A stretch of DNA of 64,000 nucleotides. It comes from an uncultured delta proteobacterium (GTDB taxonomy: Bacteria; Desulfobacterota; BSN033; UBA1163). The stretch covers positions 256,001 to 320,000 of the forward strand of contig CAWHBU010000001.1 of NCBI GenBank assembly GCA_963827685.1, read 5' to 3'. The number at the start of each line of letters is the position of its first letter. The stretch's first letter is position 1. Of the stretch, positions 19,652 through 29,091 are shown one piece after another. A program made the translations under genes and the position numbers. Under the pieces are notes generated by a model that had not been told where the DNA came from, searched no databases, and worked only from the letters and a program-made list of their open reading frames with translations.

Positions 19652-19996
19652 TTAAGTATCGTATTTATCAAAATGATAACCCGCTTTCTTATAATCCTCC
19701 AAGGCACGGGTTTTCAAATCCTCTCGTTTTGTTTTTTCCGCTTCCTTATCTGCTAATTCTGCCGCATGGCTCCATTTCCCCTCTTTTTCGTATTCCTTTA
19801 TCTTCCGATCTGTTTCGGCAACCGGACTTCCTTTGATGACCACCGCAGGGGCAAAGAGAACCCGGGAGATAGGATTCTTACATTTGGGGCAGAGGGTTAA
19901 GGCAGACTCCGTCATCCTTTGGATGACCTCAAAACCTCGTCTACAATGATTGCAACCCTTTCCTGAATCCACAGCTCGATACGCGTAGGTTGGCAT
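19652..19996 (-). CDS. FmdB-family zinc-ribbon protein
   Basis: MPTYAY..CNHC...FEVIQ...CPKC. Confidence 0.85.
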   Translation of the reverse strand: MPTYAYRAVDSGKGCNHCRRGFEVIQRMTESALTLCPKCKNPISRVLFAPAVVIKGSPVAETDRKIKEYEKEGKWSHAAELADKEAEKTKREDLKTRALEDYKKAGYHFDKYDT

Positions 19997-20194
19997 TCTT
20001 CTTCCTCCGCCTGCATACAAAAAATAATACTTCCACTCGAATTGTCAAGGGGGAAAGCCCTGTGTTATAAAACAGTGTCAAATGTCAAAGCCCAAATGTC
20101 CAGATAATAAAGGTTGAGGCTGAGGTTAAGGTTGAGAAAAGATGCAATTCTTGACCTTAACGTTAACCTTGACCTAAACCTAATTTTATCGACA

Positions 20195-21019
20195 ATGACT
20201 CCTTATCAAAACCTTTATATCTACGAGATTTCCGGAGAGATTTCGGATTCAAGGAATTTTTTTAAGGAAGATTACATCGGCTGTTGGAATGAAGGGGAAA
20301 CCTCCTTCCTTTTCTTTTCTCAACCCCACGATGTGGAGGTGGAGTCATTGATCGAAAAGAAAGGATGCCCTCTCCTCTCAAGAAATATCCTGGATTACAA
20401 GGCTTGGCAGGCCGGTGAAGAATTGAAACCTTTTAAGGTGGGTAATCTTGTCATCTCTCCTCCTTGGGAAAATGAAAAGGTTGAGGAAGGAGAGGTCTTG
20501 GTTCGTTTAGACCCCTGCATTGTTTTTGGTACAGGGTATCATCCAACGACCCGAAGCTGTCTTAGAGCCCTTTGGGAGATCTATCAAAAAGAGAGGCCGA
20601 AGAAAGTCTTGGACCTTGGAACGGGCTCAGGGATTCTTGCCCTGGCTGCCGCCAAATGGGGAGCTGAAAAGGTGCTTGCCATTGACTGTAATGAACTGGC
20701 TGTGGAGACGGCGCTGCGAAATGTCTTGTCCAATGGAGAATTTCAACGAATTGAGGTGAGGAGGGGAAAAGCTGAGGATTTTCTTGAAGAGGAAGGGGAC
20801 TTAATTTGTGCCAATATCCATCTTCAAGTCATCGAGTCCCTGTTAAAGAAAAGGGCCTTCTTCAAGAAAAGATGGTTCATCCTTTCAGGAATCTTTGAAA
20901 AAGATGCGGAGGAGATTGAGAGAAGATTGAAACGAAAGTCTGTTAAACTTGTTCAGAGATTACAAGAGAAATACTGGTTGACCTTAGTCGGCTTAAATGA
21001 AGGTGGCAAGGGCGGTTAA
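20195..21019 (+). CDS. prmA: Ribosomal protein L11 methyltransferase-like
   Basis: LDPCIVFGTGYHPTT, VLDLGTGSGILA, ICANI. Confidence 0.8.
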   Translation: MTPYQNLYIYEISGEISDSRNFFKEDYIGCWNEGETSFLFFSQPHDVEVESLIEKKGCPLLSRNILDYKAWQAGEELKPFKVGNLVISPPWENEKVEEGEVLVRLDPCIVFGTGYHPTTRSCLRALWEIYQKERPKKVLDLGTGSGILALAAAKWGAEKVLAIDCNELAVETALRNVLSNGEFQRIEVRRGKAEDFLEEEGDLICANIHLQVIESLLKKRAFFKKRWFILSGIFEKDAEEIERRLKRKSVKLVQRLQEKYWLTLVGLNEGGKGG

Positions 21020-21090
21020 ATTTATGATGAATTTACGCTTGCCCGCCCCCAGTTTTTCCTCATCCTTTCCAGGCTGGATGAAATGGATAT

Positions 21091-21269
21091 AACTTGTTAC
21101 CTGGCCAACCCCCTCCTCGAGGCTTCATAAGGCCGATTTCTTAGAGAGTAATTTGTAACCTGACCGAGGAACATTAGGGACTTCCTTATTACGTTGAGGT
21201 CCATGTGGCCAAGCGCGAAGCGGTGCGGCCTGTGAAGCCTCTCTGGGGGGCTCGGCCGGGGGGCATGTT
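21091..21269 (+). ncRNA. Candidate 6S-like rod-shaped RNA
   Basis: ~180 nt; long closing stem (21091..21135/21225..21269), central bubble with small CGC-GAA-GCG hairpin, apical stem. Confidence 0.45.
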
Positions 21270-21468
21270 CCCAAAAGCTCAGAGCTTCTAAAAATGGGGG
21301 AGGGCAAGTAGATTTACGTTATTGACTTCAATTTTTGATTGTGTTAAAAAAAATCACGTTTTGCCCACACTCAAAATCCCAAAAATTTAAAGTTTCTCTA
21401 AATTTTGATGGAATAATCCTCGTTCTCATTTCAAGAGGGTGGAGTCAACCGTAAATTTTGGGGGAAAT

Positions 21469-23439
21469 ATGAAATCGATTTTTAAAAGATCAACCCTCAT
21501 TGGTCTCGTCATCTCTTTCTTGCTTTTTTTAGGCTCAGGAGTGTTGGGAGCGGCAACGCCCGTTTCTAAAAAAGAGGGTGCCAAGCCCGCAGGGGTGACC
21601 AAACCTTCTGATCCTGGAAAAAAGGCAGAAAAATTCATCATCAAAGGTCGGGAATACTGTTATGAATGTATCGACAACTCTGAATGTTTGGGTTGCCACA
21701 CTAAAATCAGCGAAAGGAAGTTTGCCCAGTCTGTTCATGGAGCCAACTCCTGCAACAGCTGCCACTACGATATCACAGATGTCAAAGCCCATGCCAAAGC
21801 AAAAGGCGCAAGAATTCATCCAGAGCCGGTCACCTGCCATCGATGTCATAAAAAAGAAGGGGCGGAACATTATGCGAGTGCCCATTTCATCAATGACATT
21901 CAATGTAAAGACTGCCATCAAGACATTCACCAGATGACTCCGTGGAAAGGGGATAAAGTCCGGGTCATCCAGAAATGCACGACATGCCACTCCGATGATG
22001 GCTACTCGGAGAGCGTCCACGGCAAATCCGCTCTCGAGGGAAACCCGGATTCCCCCGATTGTAGCGATTGCCATGGTCTCCATAAAATTCCTATATTAAA
22101 AGGGGACGAACCCAAGACCGTGGAATTCCGGAAGGAGTTCCATACCGAGGTTTGCCAAAAATGTCACGCGGATAAAGAGATGATGGAGAGAAACAAGGTT
22201 TTTCTCATTGCCACGCAAACCTATTATGAAAGTTATCATGGAAAGGTGGAGCATCTGGGTTACCCGAAATTGGTGGCGGGTTGCGCTGACTGCCATGGAT
22301 TTCACAACATTCTGCCTCAAGATAATCCAAAGTCTCTCATCTCGGAAAAACGCTTAGTAGAGACCTGTGGCAAGTGCCACACGAGGGCCAATACCAACTT
22401 CGTGCAATGGATTCCTCATGCGACCCATAACGATCCTGAAAGAGAACCCGTGCTCTACGGAACCTTCGTTCTGATGACCGGTCTTCTCGTTTCTGTGTTT
22501 GGAGTCTTTTGGTTTCACACCTTTCTCTGGTGGCGGAAAGACTTCTGGGAGAAGAGGGAGTTGAGGGCCAAGGGGATTTTCTTCCCGCAACATGTGAGGC
22601 CTGATGAAGCAGGTCAAATCTATCGCCGATTTAGCTCTTTTGACATCGTGATCCATTTTACAATGATGGTGACCTTTATCGGCCTTGTTCTGACTGGGCT
22701 CCCATTAAAATTTTCTCATGCCCCGTGGGCCATCGGTCTGATGCACTTTTTAGGAGGGGCGAGGATGGCGGGATTGATTCATCGTATCTGTGCCGCCATC
22801 ACGTTTGCCTATTTCGGAACGACCATGGCCTACATCTTCTATTTCCTCTTCTTCAAAAAGATCCATGGGAATCCCAATCCCTTGCAGAAACTTTTCGGCC
22901 CGGATTCGCTCTGCCCTCGTTGGAAAGACATTCAAGACATCATCGGGATGATTCGCTGGTTCTTTAACAAAGGGCCGAAACCTCGGTTTGACCGGTGGAC
23001 CTATTGGGAGAAATTTGATTTTCTCGCTGTCTTCTGGGGAATGTTCGCCATCGGACTTTCGGGATTGATGCTCTGGTTTCCAGAATTCTTCACCATCTTT
23101 TTACCCGGATGGATTCTCAACATTGCCACGATCGTCCATTCGGATGAAGCACTTCTGGCTTCCGGCTTCATTTTCACGGTCCATTTCTTCAACACCCATT
23201 TTCGGCCTTCGAAGTTCCCAATCGATACAGTGATCTTCACAGGAAGGTTTCCAAAATACGAACTGGTGGAGGAACGGCAGGAACAGTATCATCGCCTGCT
23301 GGCGGAGAAGAGATTGGAGACCTATCGGGATAAATATCCCAGTGTCATGACAGACCTCTTCTCGACGGTTATGGGATTTGCCATGCTGGCCATCGGGCTT
23401 CTGTGCGTCTTCCTGATTGCGTGGGAATTCCTTGTATAA
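21469..23439 (+). CDS. Nine-heme cytochrome c fused to cytochrome b (FdnI/HydC-like) membrane domain; CbcL-like
   Basis: Signal peptide, 9 CxxCH motifs, then TM domain with LTGLPLKF, RWTYWEKFDFLAVFWG, HSDEALLA, HFFNTH. Confidence 0.9.
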   Translation: MKSIFKRSTLIGLVISFLLFLGSGVLGAATPVSKKEGAKPAGVTKPSDPGKKAEKFIIKGREYCYECIDNSECLGCHTKISERKFAQSVHGANSCNSCHYDITDVKAHAKAKGARIHPEPVTCHRCHKKEGAEHYASAHFINDIQCKDCHQDIHQMTPWKGDKVRVIQKCTTCHSDDGYSESVHGKSALEGNPDSPDCSDCHGLHKIPILKGDEPKTVEFRKEFHTEVCQKCHADKEMMERNKVFLIATQTYYESYHGKVEHLGYPKLVAGCADCHGFHNILPQDNPKSLISEKRLVETCGKCHTRANTNFVQWIPHATHNDPEREPVLYGTFVLMTGLLVSVFGVFWFHTFLWWRKDFWEKRELRAKGIFFPQHVRPDEAGQIYRRFSSFDIVIHFTMMVTFIGLVLTGLPLKFSHAPWAIGLMHFLGGARMAGLIHRICAAITFAYFGTTMAYIFYFLFFKKIHGNPNPLQKLFGPDSLCPRWKDIQDIIGMIRWFFNKGPKPRFDRWTYWEKFDFLAVFWGMFAIGLSGLMLWFPEFFTIFLPGWILNIATIVHSDEALLASGFIFTVHFFNTHFRPSKFPIDTVIFTGRFPKYELVEERQEQYHRLLAEKRLETYRDKYPSVMTDLFSTVMGFAMLAIGLLCVFLIAWEFLV

Positions 23440-23770
23440 GTCTGGCGTATTGAGTTCGCCTGCCTGCCCTGCCTACCGCAGGCAGGCACAGGGCTCAACT
23501 TCGCCCATCCCATCGCTGGTGTTGAATTGGACTTTGAGTGCGGCTTGAGGAAGAGGGCAAAGGAACAAATTGAGAAGCAGAATAGTAAAAGAAGCCAAGG
23601 ATTCATATTCCTTTGAATTTCAATTGAATCCCCCCGCCCTTCAATCTAATAAGTTGGTATTTCAAAATTAAGCCAATACAAGGGTCTTGGTTCATCTGTA
23701 AAACGGTCGCCCTTGAAATAATTTTGAAACTTTGTGAAAATGAAGCTTCAGGGGGACTCGGGGGTTCCTT

Positions 23771-25930
23771 GTGGAGACGGTAAAAGAATTTTATGATTTG
23801 GTAAAGACCTTTTGGATCGATGTGTTCTTTGCTTTCAGGAAGGGAACAGAAACTCACCTCAAGGCAATAAAGATTTTCCTTGTCTTTTGCATCGTTATCT
23901 TTATTATTCTCCTCGGAGTTGTTCTAAGATTTACAGAATCCTCCACTTTCTGCGGTCTCTGTCACCAGATGAATGCCTATATGGACTCCTGGAGAACCTC
24001 CAGCCACAGACATGTGGCATGCACGAAATGTCATTATGAGCCCGGATTGTATAATCATCTGAGGGGCAAATGGGTGGATGGCCAGGTATCTCTGGCCTAT
24101 TTCGTTTCTGGTAAAAGGCCGAGTACGCCCCACGCACAGATCAGCGATGCGAGCTGCCTCCAAAAGGGATGTCACAAGACCGAAGACCTCCAGGGGGATA
24201 TGATCTATAAGAATGTGGCCTTCTCCCACGGTAAGCATTTAGGCGAATTGAGAAGGGGAATGATGCTCCGCTGCGCAAGCTGCCACGCTCAACTTGTTCA
24301 AGGGTTGCATCTTACCGTTCATGAAATCAACTGCTTCATCTGTCACTATTATAAGGCTGGTCCCAAAGGGGAAGAGGAATGCATTTCATGTGCCATAGGG
24401 GGCTGTACTTCCTGCCATGTTGAGCCAAAAGGGGATATCAAGGTCAAAGGTTGGAGCTTCAATCACAGGAAGTATATTGCGAGAGGGGTGGCCTGTGAGA
24501 AATGCCACCTGAGTGTCGTTCAAGGGGATGGCCATGTGCCAGAGGGAAAATGTGTCGAATGTCATAATGAGCCTGTCCTACTGAGTACTAAGTATACCTC
24601 CCAATTCATGCATAAGAAACATGTCACCGACCATAAGATCGAGTGCTCAAGCTGCCATACTTTTCTTCGGCACGAGATCGGACAGATTCCCACCATTGCT
24701 CATGCCCCCTCCAATTGTGATAAGTGCCACAGCGGGGAGATCCATCTTGGGCCAAGAGAGTTATACCGCGGAACTGGAGGGATTGGCGTCCCAGACTCTC
24801 CCAGCCTCATGTTTACGACGAATGTGGACTGTATCGCCTGTCATCGAAGGGGCGAGGAAAGCCAAGCTGCACTCCATACCTCAAAATATGTCGAAAGGGC
24901 GATCGGTGAGGCCTGTGTCGACTGTCACGGAGAGGGATTCGATGAGACCTTGAAGCGATGGAAAACCCTCCTTGCCAAAGCCGAGAATGAGAGTAACCGG
25001 AGGGTCTTTAATGTTCAGAACGTATTATACGAGTTTGAAAAGGCCAATGGAAGCACGGCGGCCTTCAAAAGGGCCCAAAACCTGCTCAACGAAGCTCGGC
25101 ATAATTACAGCTTTGTCCTTTTGGGCAAGGGCGTTCACAATATCGAATATGCCTTCAAACTCCTCAACGCAGCGAACAATAAGACGGAGCAAGCTTTATC
25201 GATCATCGACAAAGATTACAAACCTCAGGAATTTCAAACCCGGATGACTTGCACGAGCCTCTGTCATGTTGGGATAGAGAAGCGGACTGTTTCTTTTAAC
25301 GATATCACATTTTCCCATGACACTCACATTGCAGGTGAAGGGCTGAAGTGTTTGAACTGTCACGCTCCTCGTGAAAACCACGGCAAGACATTTATGAAAA
25401 TTTGTGCTGAATGCCATCACGGGAAGGAAGTGAAGAAAGTCAAATGTGACGATTGTCATATCAACGTTAAGAGACTTATTCAGGGAAAGGGAGGCATCGG
25501 CGTCAAGGAGAGGCCGAGTAATAAATTGGATGTTGTCGAATGTATTGATTGCCATCGTGGTGTGCCAGCAAAAAAGAAGGACAAATTCGATGCAATAAAA
25601 AAACGTTGCATCGAATGTCATGATCAGAGTTATGGGGAGATGGCCGTCCGATGGAAAGCGATCTCTGAAGAGTTGTTGGAGAAGCTGGTTCCCAAGCTGG
25701 CCCAGGTCAAAGAGGAGATCAATCGGATTGATCGCCAGAGAGGCCATACGTTTGTCTATCGAAAGTTGTATGGAGAAGCAGAGTTCAATTACAATTTGGC
25801 AAAGAATGGAAAGGGAGCCCACAACCTGGAGTATATGGAGGACTTAGTGGAATTCGCCAATCGTAGGCTGGATGAAGCAATTAAACAGATAGCCAGGAGG
25901 AAGCAAGACATCGCTCAAGGAAAGATGTAA
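23771..25930 (+). CDS. Membrane-anchored NapC/NirT-type multiheme cytochrome c (16 CxxCH plus CX4CH and CX3CH)
   Basis: N-terminal TM then TESSTFCGLCH...SWRTSSH..CTKCH; heme motifs counted directly. Confidence 0.9.
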   Translation: METVKEFYDLVKTFWIDVFFAFRKGTETHLKAIKIFLVFCIVIFIILLGVVLRFTESSTFCGLCHQMNAYMDSWRTSSHRHVACTKCHYEPGLYNHLRGKWVDGQVSLAYFVSGKRPSTPHAQISDASCLQKGCHKTEDLQGDMIYKNVAFSHGKHLGELRRGMMLRCASCHAQLVQGLHLTVHEINCFICHYYKAGPKGEEECISCAIGGCTSCHVEPKGDIKVKGWSFNHRKYIARGVACEKCHLSVVQGDGHVPEGKCVECHNEPVLLSTKYTSQFMHKKHVTDHKIECSSCHTFLRHEIGQIPTIAHAPSNCDKCHSGEIHLGPRELYRGTGGIGVPDSPSLMFTTNVDCIACHRRGEESQAALHTSKYVERAIGEACVDCHGEGFDETLKRWKTLLAKAENESNRRVFNVQNVLYEFEKANGSTAAFKRAQNLLNEARHNYSFVLLGKGVHNIEYAFKLLNAANNKTEQALSIIDKDYKPQEFQTRMTCTSLCHVGIEKRTVSFNDITFSHDTHIAGEGLKCLNCHAPRENHGKTFMKICAECHHGKEVKKVKCDDCHINVKRLIQGKGGIGVKERPSNKLDVVECIDCHRGVPAKKKDKFDAIKKRCIECHDQSYGEMAVRWKAISEELLEKLVPKLAQVKEEINRIDRQRGHTFVYRKLYGEAEFNYNLAKNGKGAHNLEYMEDLVEFANRRLDEAIKQIARRKQDIAQGKM

Positions 25931-26024
25931 GGTTAAAAACCTTCAAAACGAAAATGAGCGGCGAGACACGTCATCAAGATATACTTGACAAAAAAGTGAG
26001 AATTTAATATTTTTTTCTCAAAAT

Positions 26025-26042
26025 TTGTGAAAGGAGTCACAA
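26025..26042. promoter_or_regulatory. Rex operator overlapping the rex RBS
   Basis: TTGTGAA-AGGA-GTCACAA, one mismatch from TTGTGAA-N4-TTCACAA; TTGACA promoter element at 25985. Confidence 0.8.
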
Positions 26043-26044
26043 AA

Positions 26045-26710
26045 TTGAAGTACAAAAAAATACCTGAGGCTACGATTAGGAGATTATCAAGGTATTCGCG
26101 GTGCTTGGAAGGGATGGAAGAAAAAGGAGAAAAAGTAGTTTCTTCTGCCCTACTGGCCAAAAAATGCATTGTGAATGCAGCTCAGGTGAGAAAGGACTTG
26201 GCCTACTTCGGTGAATTTGGGATTCGGGGCGTGGGCTATTATGTGGAAGATTTGCTCAATAACATTAAGAGGATATTGGGATCGAATAAGGAATGGAAGA
26301 TGGCGCTGATCGGCATCGGGAATTTGGGCTCCGCTCTCCTTTCTTATAAGGATTTTCTGAAGCAGAATTATAAGATCGTTGCAGCATTCGATATCGACCC
26401 TCCAAAAGTAATTGGAAGGGTCTCGGAGAAGCTGGGCAAGCCAGCGGAGGTCTTTCATATCAATAGGATTAGAGAGGTAGTACAGGAAAGGAAAATTGAC
26501 ATCGGGCTCATCACAACCCCTCCTTCGGAGGCCCAGGGCGTAGCCAATCTGCTGGTGGAGGCGGGGGTGAGAGGAATTCTCAACTTTGCACCTGTGCAGA
26601 TTACAGTCCCCGAAGGATTTGTGGTGAAGGATGTCTTTTTCACCACGATCTTGGACAATTTGGCCTACCTTTTATCAACTGAGACAGGATATCCCTTAGA
26701 CAGAAAATAG
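26045..26710 (+). CDS. rex: Redox-sensing transcriptional repressor Rex
   Basis: IPEATIRRL, AAQVRKDLAYFGEFGIRGVGY, IGIGNLG, GILNFAP. Confidence 0.97.
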   Translation: MKYKKIPEATIRRLSRYSRCLEGMEEKGEKVVSSALLAKKCIVNAAQVRKDLAYFGEFGIRGVGYYVEDLLNNIKRILGSNKEWKMALIGIGNLGSALLSYKDFLKQNYKIVAAFDIDPPKVIGRVSEKLGKPAEVFHINRIREVVQERKIDIGLITTPPSEAQGVANLLVEAGVRGILNFAPVQITVPEGFVVKDVFFTTILDNLAYLLSTETGYPLDRK

Positions 26711-26940
26711 AGTTTTCTATTCCTCCATCCTTACGTATCAACTCTGCCATATCCGCCTGTCTGCGCCTGCCCGCACAAAACCGCTACGGCACAGGCAGGG
26801 ATTCCTGATTTTTTCAACTCCAAACGCCTGTTTGGTTCCGGCTACGCCAGGTAGGGAATTTGATTGACTCGATGGTAAAAACTACCTATATTTAAATTAA
26901 GGTTTCTTATTTTATGTCGTAAGAAGATTTGGAGAAAAAT

Positions 26941-28320
26941 ATGGCAAAGAAAGAATTCTTATCTCCTTCTATTATTACTAAACTCCCGGGGCCTGAAGCC
27001 AAGAAGGTCCTGAGAAAGGATCAAAAATTCGTATCGCAATCTTACACGCGTGTCTATCCTTTTGTCGTCAAAAGGGCGAGAGGAACTTGGGTAGAGGATG
27101 CGGATGGAAATCGATTCCTCGATTTTACTTCGGGGATTGCTGTCTGCAATACCGGCCATTGCCATCCGAGAGTGGTGAAGGCCATTCATCGTCAGGCAGA
27201 GGAACTTATCCACATGTCTGGCAGCGATTTTTATTATGGTCTCCAATCGAACCTTGCTGCCAAACTTTCTGAGATCACTCCGGGGCCGAAAGAAAAGAGG
27301 GTTTTCTTTGGTAATTCAGGTGCCGAAGCCATTGAGGCAGCTCTCAAACTGTCCCATTATCATACCAAACGGCCTCGAATCTTAGCTTTCCTTGGGGCTT
27401 TTCATGGGCGGACCATGGGCGCCCTCTCTTTAACGGCTAGCAAAGTCATTCACGAAAAGGGATTTTATCCGCTCGTCCCTGGGGTCACCCATGTTCCTTA
27501 CGCCTATTGTTACCGCTGCCCTTATCATCATCGGCAATATCCCAGTTGCAGCACTGCCTGTGTCGATTGGATTCGAGAAGATCTCTTTAAACGGAGTATC
27601 CCCCCGGAAGAAGTGGCGGCCATTTTTGTTGAACCCATTCAAGGCGAAGGAGGCTATATCGTTCCTCCACCAGAATTTCATCAAAAGCTTTACGAGCTGG
27701 CAAAGGAGTTTGGGATCCTCTTTGTGGATGATGAGGTTCAGAGTGGAATGGGAAGAACTGGAAAGATGATGGCGATTGAGCACTGGGGAGTCGTACCGGA
27801 TATTATCGCCTTGGCAAAGGGAATTGCTTCCGGGATGCCCTTGGGAGCTACCGTCTCACAGAGCGAGGTGATGGATTGGGTTCCTGGTTCTCACGCCAGC
27901 ACTTTTGGCGGAAACCCCATCAGTTGCCGGGCCGCCCTGACCACCATCGAACTCCTCGAGGGAGGACTCATTGAAAATGCTGCACGCGTGGGGGCCTACC
28001 TCCTCGAAAAACTGGAGGAACTCCAGAGGCGATTCCCTCTGATCGGCGATGTCAGGGGAAAAGGGTTGATGATCGGGATAGAATTGGTTAAAGACCGGCA
28101 GACGAAGGAAAAAGCGATTGAAGAAAGAAGCAAGATTATTCAGGCCTGTTTTGAAAAGGGGCTACTCATATTAGGAGCCGGAGAGAATGTAATCCGTTTC
28201 AGCCCCCCTCTGATCATCACCCGGAAACAGGCGGACACCGCTCTCACCATCTTCGAGGAAGTTTTGAAGAAGGTTGAGAAGACATTAAAAAATCGTGCCA
28301 CCGTCTCAAAGAGAAAGTAA
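26941..28320 (+). CDS. Class III PLP aminotransferase (4-aminobutyrate/acetylornithine-type)
   Basis: SGAEAIE, FHGRT, EPIQGEGG, DEVQSGMGRTG, AKGIASG. Confidence 0.95.
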   Translation: MAKKEFLSPSIITKLPGPEAKKVLRKDQKFVSQSYTRVYPFVVKRARGTWVEDADGNRFLDFTSGIAVCNTGHCHPRVVKAIHRQAEELIHMSGSDFYYGLQSNLAAKLSEITPGPKEKRVFFGNSGAEAIEAALKLSHYHTKRPRILAFLGAFHGRTMGALSLTASKVIHEKGFYPLVPGVTHVPYAYCYRCPYHHRQYPSCSTACVDWIREDLFKRSIPPEEVAAIFVEPIQGEGGYIVPPPEFHQKLYELAKEFGILFVDDEVQSGMGRTGKMMAIEHWGVVPDIIALAKGIASGMPLGATVSQSEVMDWVPGSHASTFGGNPISCRAALTTIELLEGGLIENAARVGAYLLEKLEELQRRFPLIGDVRGKGLMIGIELVKDRQTKEKAIEERSKIIQACFEKGLLILGAGENVIRFSPPLIITRKQADTALTIFEEVLKKVEKTLKNRATVSKRK

Positions 28321-28343
28321 GAAAGGGTTATTCCTATAGACTC

Positions 28344-28952
28344 TCATTTTGATCCTAAAATTTGGGTCAATTCGTCACAGGTGATCAGGTAGGCGAAACC
28401 GAAGCCTAAATTCTTTAATGTGGCAAGGTGATGATCATCCTTTCCAGTGGCTGTCCCGTCGATCAGAAAAAAAACCCTGTAATCCCTCATGAAGGCATCC
28501 CGCGCCGTGGTCTCACAGCAGAGGTTTGTCATCACTCCTGAGATGATCAGGTCTTGAATTCCTTTTGATCGAAGGATTTTTTCAAGATCGGTCTCATAGA
28601 AGGCACTGTAGCGTTTCTTAGGAAGAACGATATCCTTTGACTCGATCGTCATTTCTGGAAGAAAATCCCAATCCTTTGTCCCATGAAGGATGACCTGACC
28701 CCACCACGGCCCAAGGACTCCGACATCCGAGCGAGGATCGGTGTGACCATGCTGGGTGAAGATGATCGGAATATTCTTCTGTCTACAGGATTGAATGACG
28801 TTCTGGATATTCTCCAAGACAGATCGGACAATTCGATGAAAAAAGTTCTGGATATCGATAACAAGGAGAGCAGCATGTTTCGGATCAATTACCGCCTTCC
28901 TCTCCCGATAGGGTTCCAATTCCTTCAAGATTTTTTCAAGATTGAGTTTCAT
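28344..28952 (-). CDS. Isochorismatase-family cysteine hydrolase
   Basis: ALLVIDIQN, KKRYSAF, GVMTNLCCETTARDAF. Confidence 0.93.
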   Translation of the reverse strand: MKLNLEKILKELEPYRERKAVIDPKHAALLVIDIQNFFHRIVRSVLENIQNVIQSCRQKNIPIIFTQHGHTDPRSDVGVLGPWWGQVILHGTKDWDFLPEMTIESKDIVLPKKRYSAFYETDLEKILRSKGIQDLIISGVMTNLCCETTARDAFMRDYRVFFLIDGTATGKDDHHLATLKNLGFGFAYLITCDELTQILGSK

Positions 28953-28966
28953 CTTTTTTCAATAAA

Positions 28967-29091
28967 CGCCGTTAGAAATCCCAGCGGGGACATTAAACCC
29001 CGCCGGAATTTTTCTAAAATCTAACCCCGCTGCAGAGCCCTATACCGCATGGTGTACAGGGCAGAGCAGCAGGGCATTATTTCTAACGGGG
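28967..29091. mobile_element. MITE with 13-bp TIRs and TAAA direct repeats (copy 1, with 29-bp internal insertion)
   Basis: TAAA-CGCCGTTAGAAAT...ATTTCTAACGGGG-TAAA; homologous to 51943..52036. Confidence 0.85.

Noticed and set aside
21339-21358. Rex boxes before the cytochrome operon (and at 52402)
   Set aside because: Half-site spacing does not fit TTGTGAA-N4-TTCACAA.
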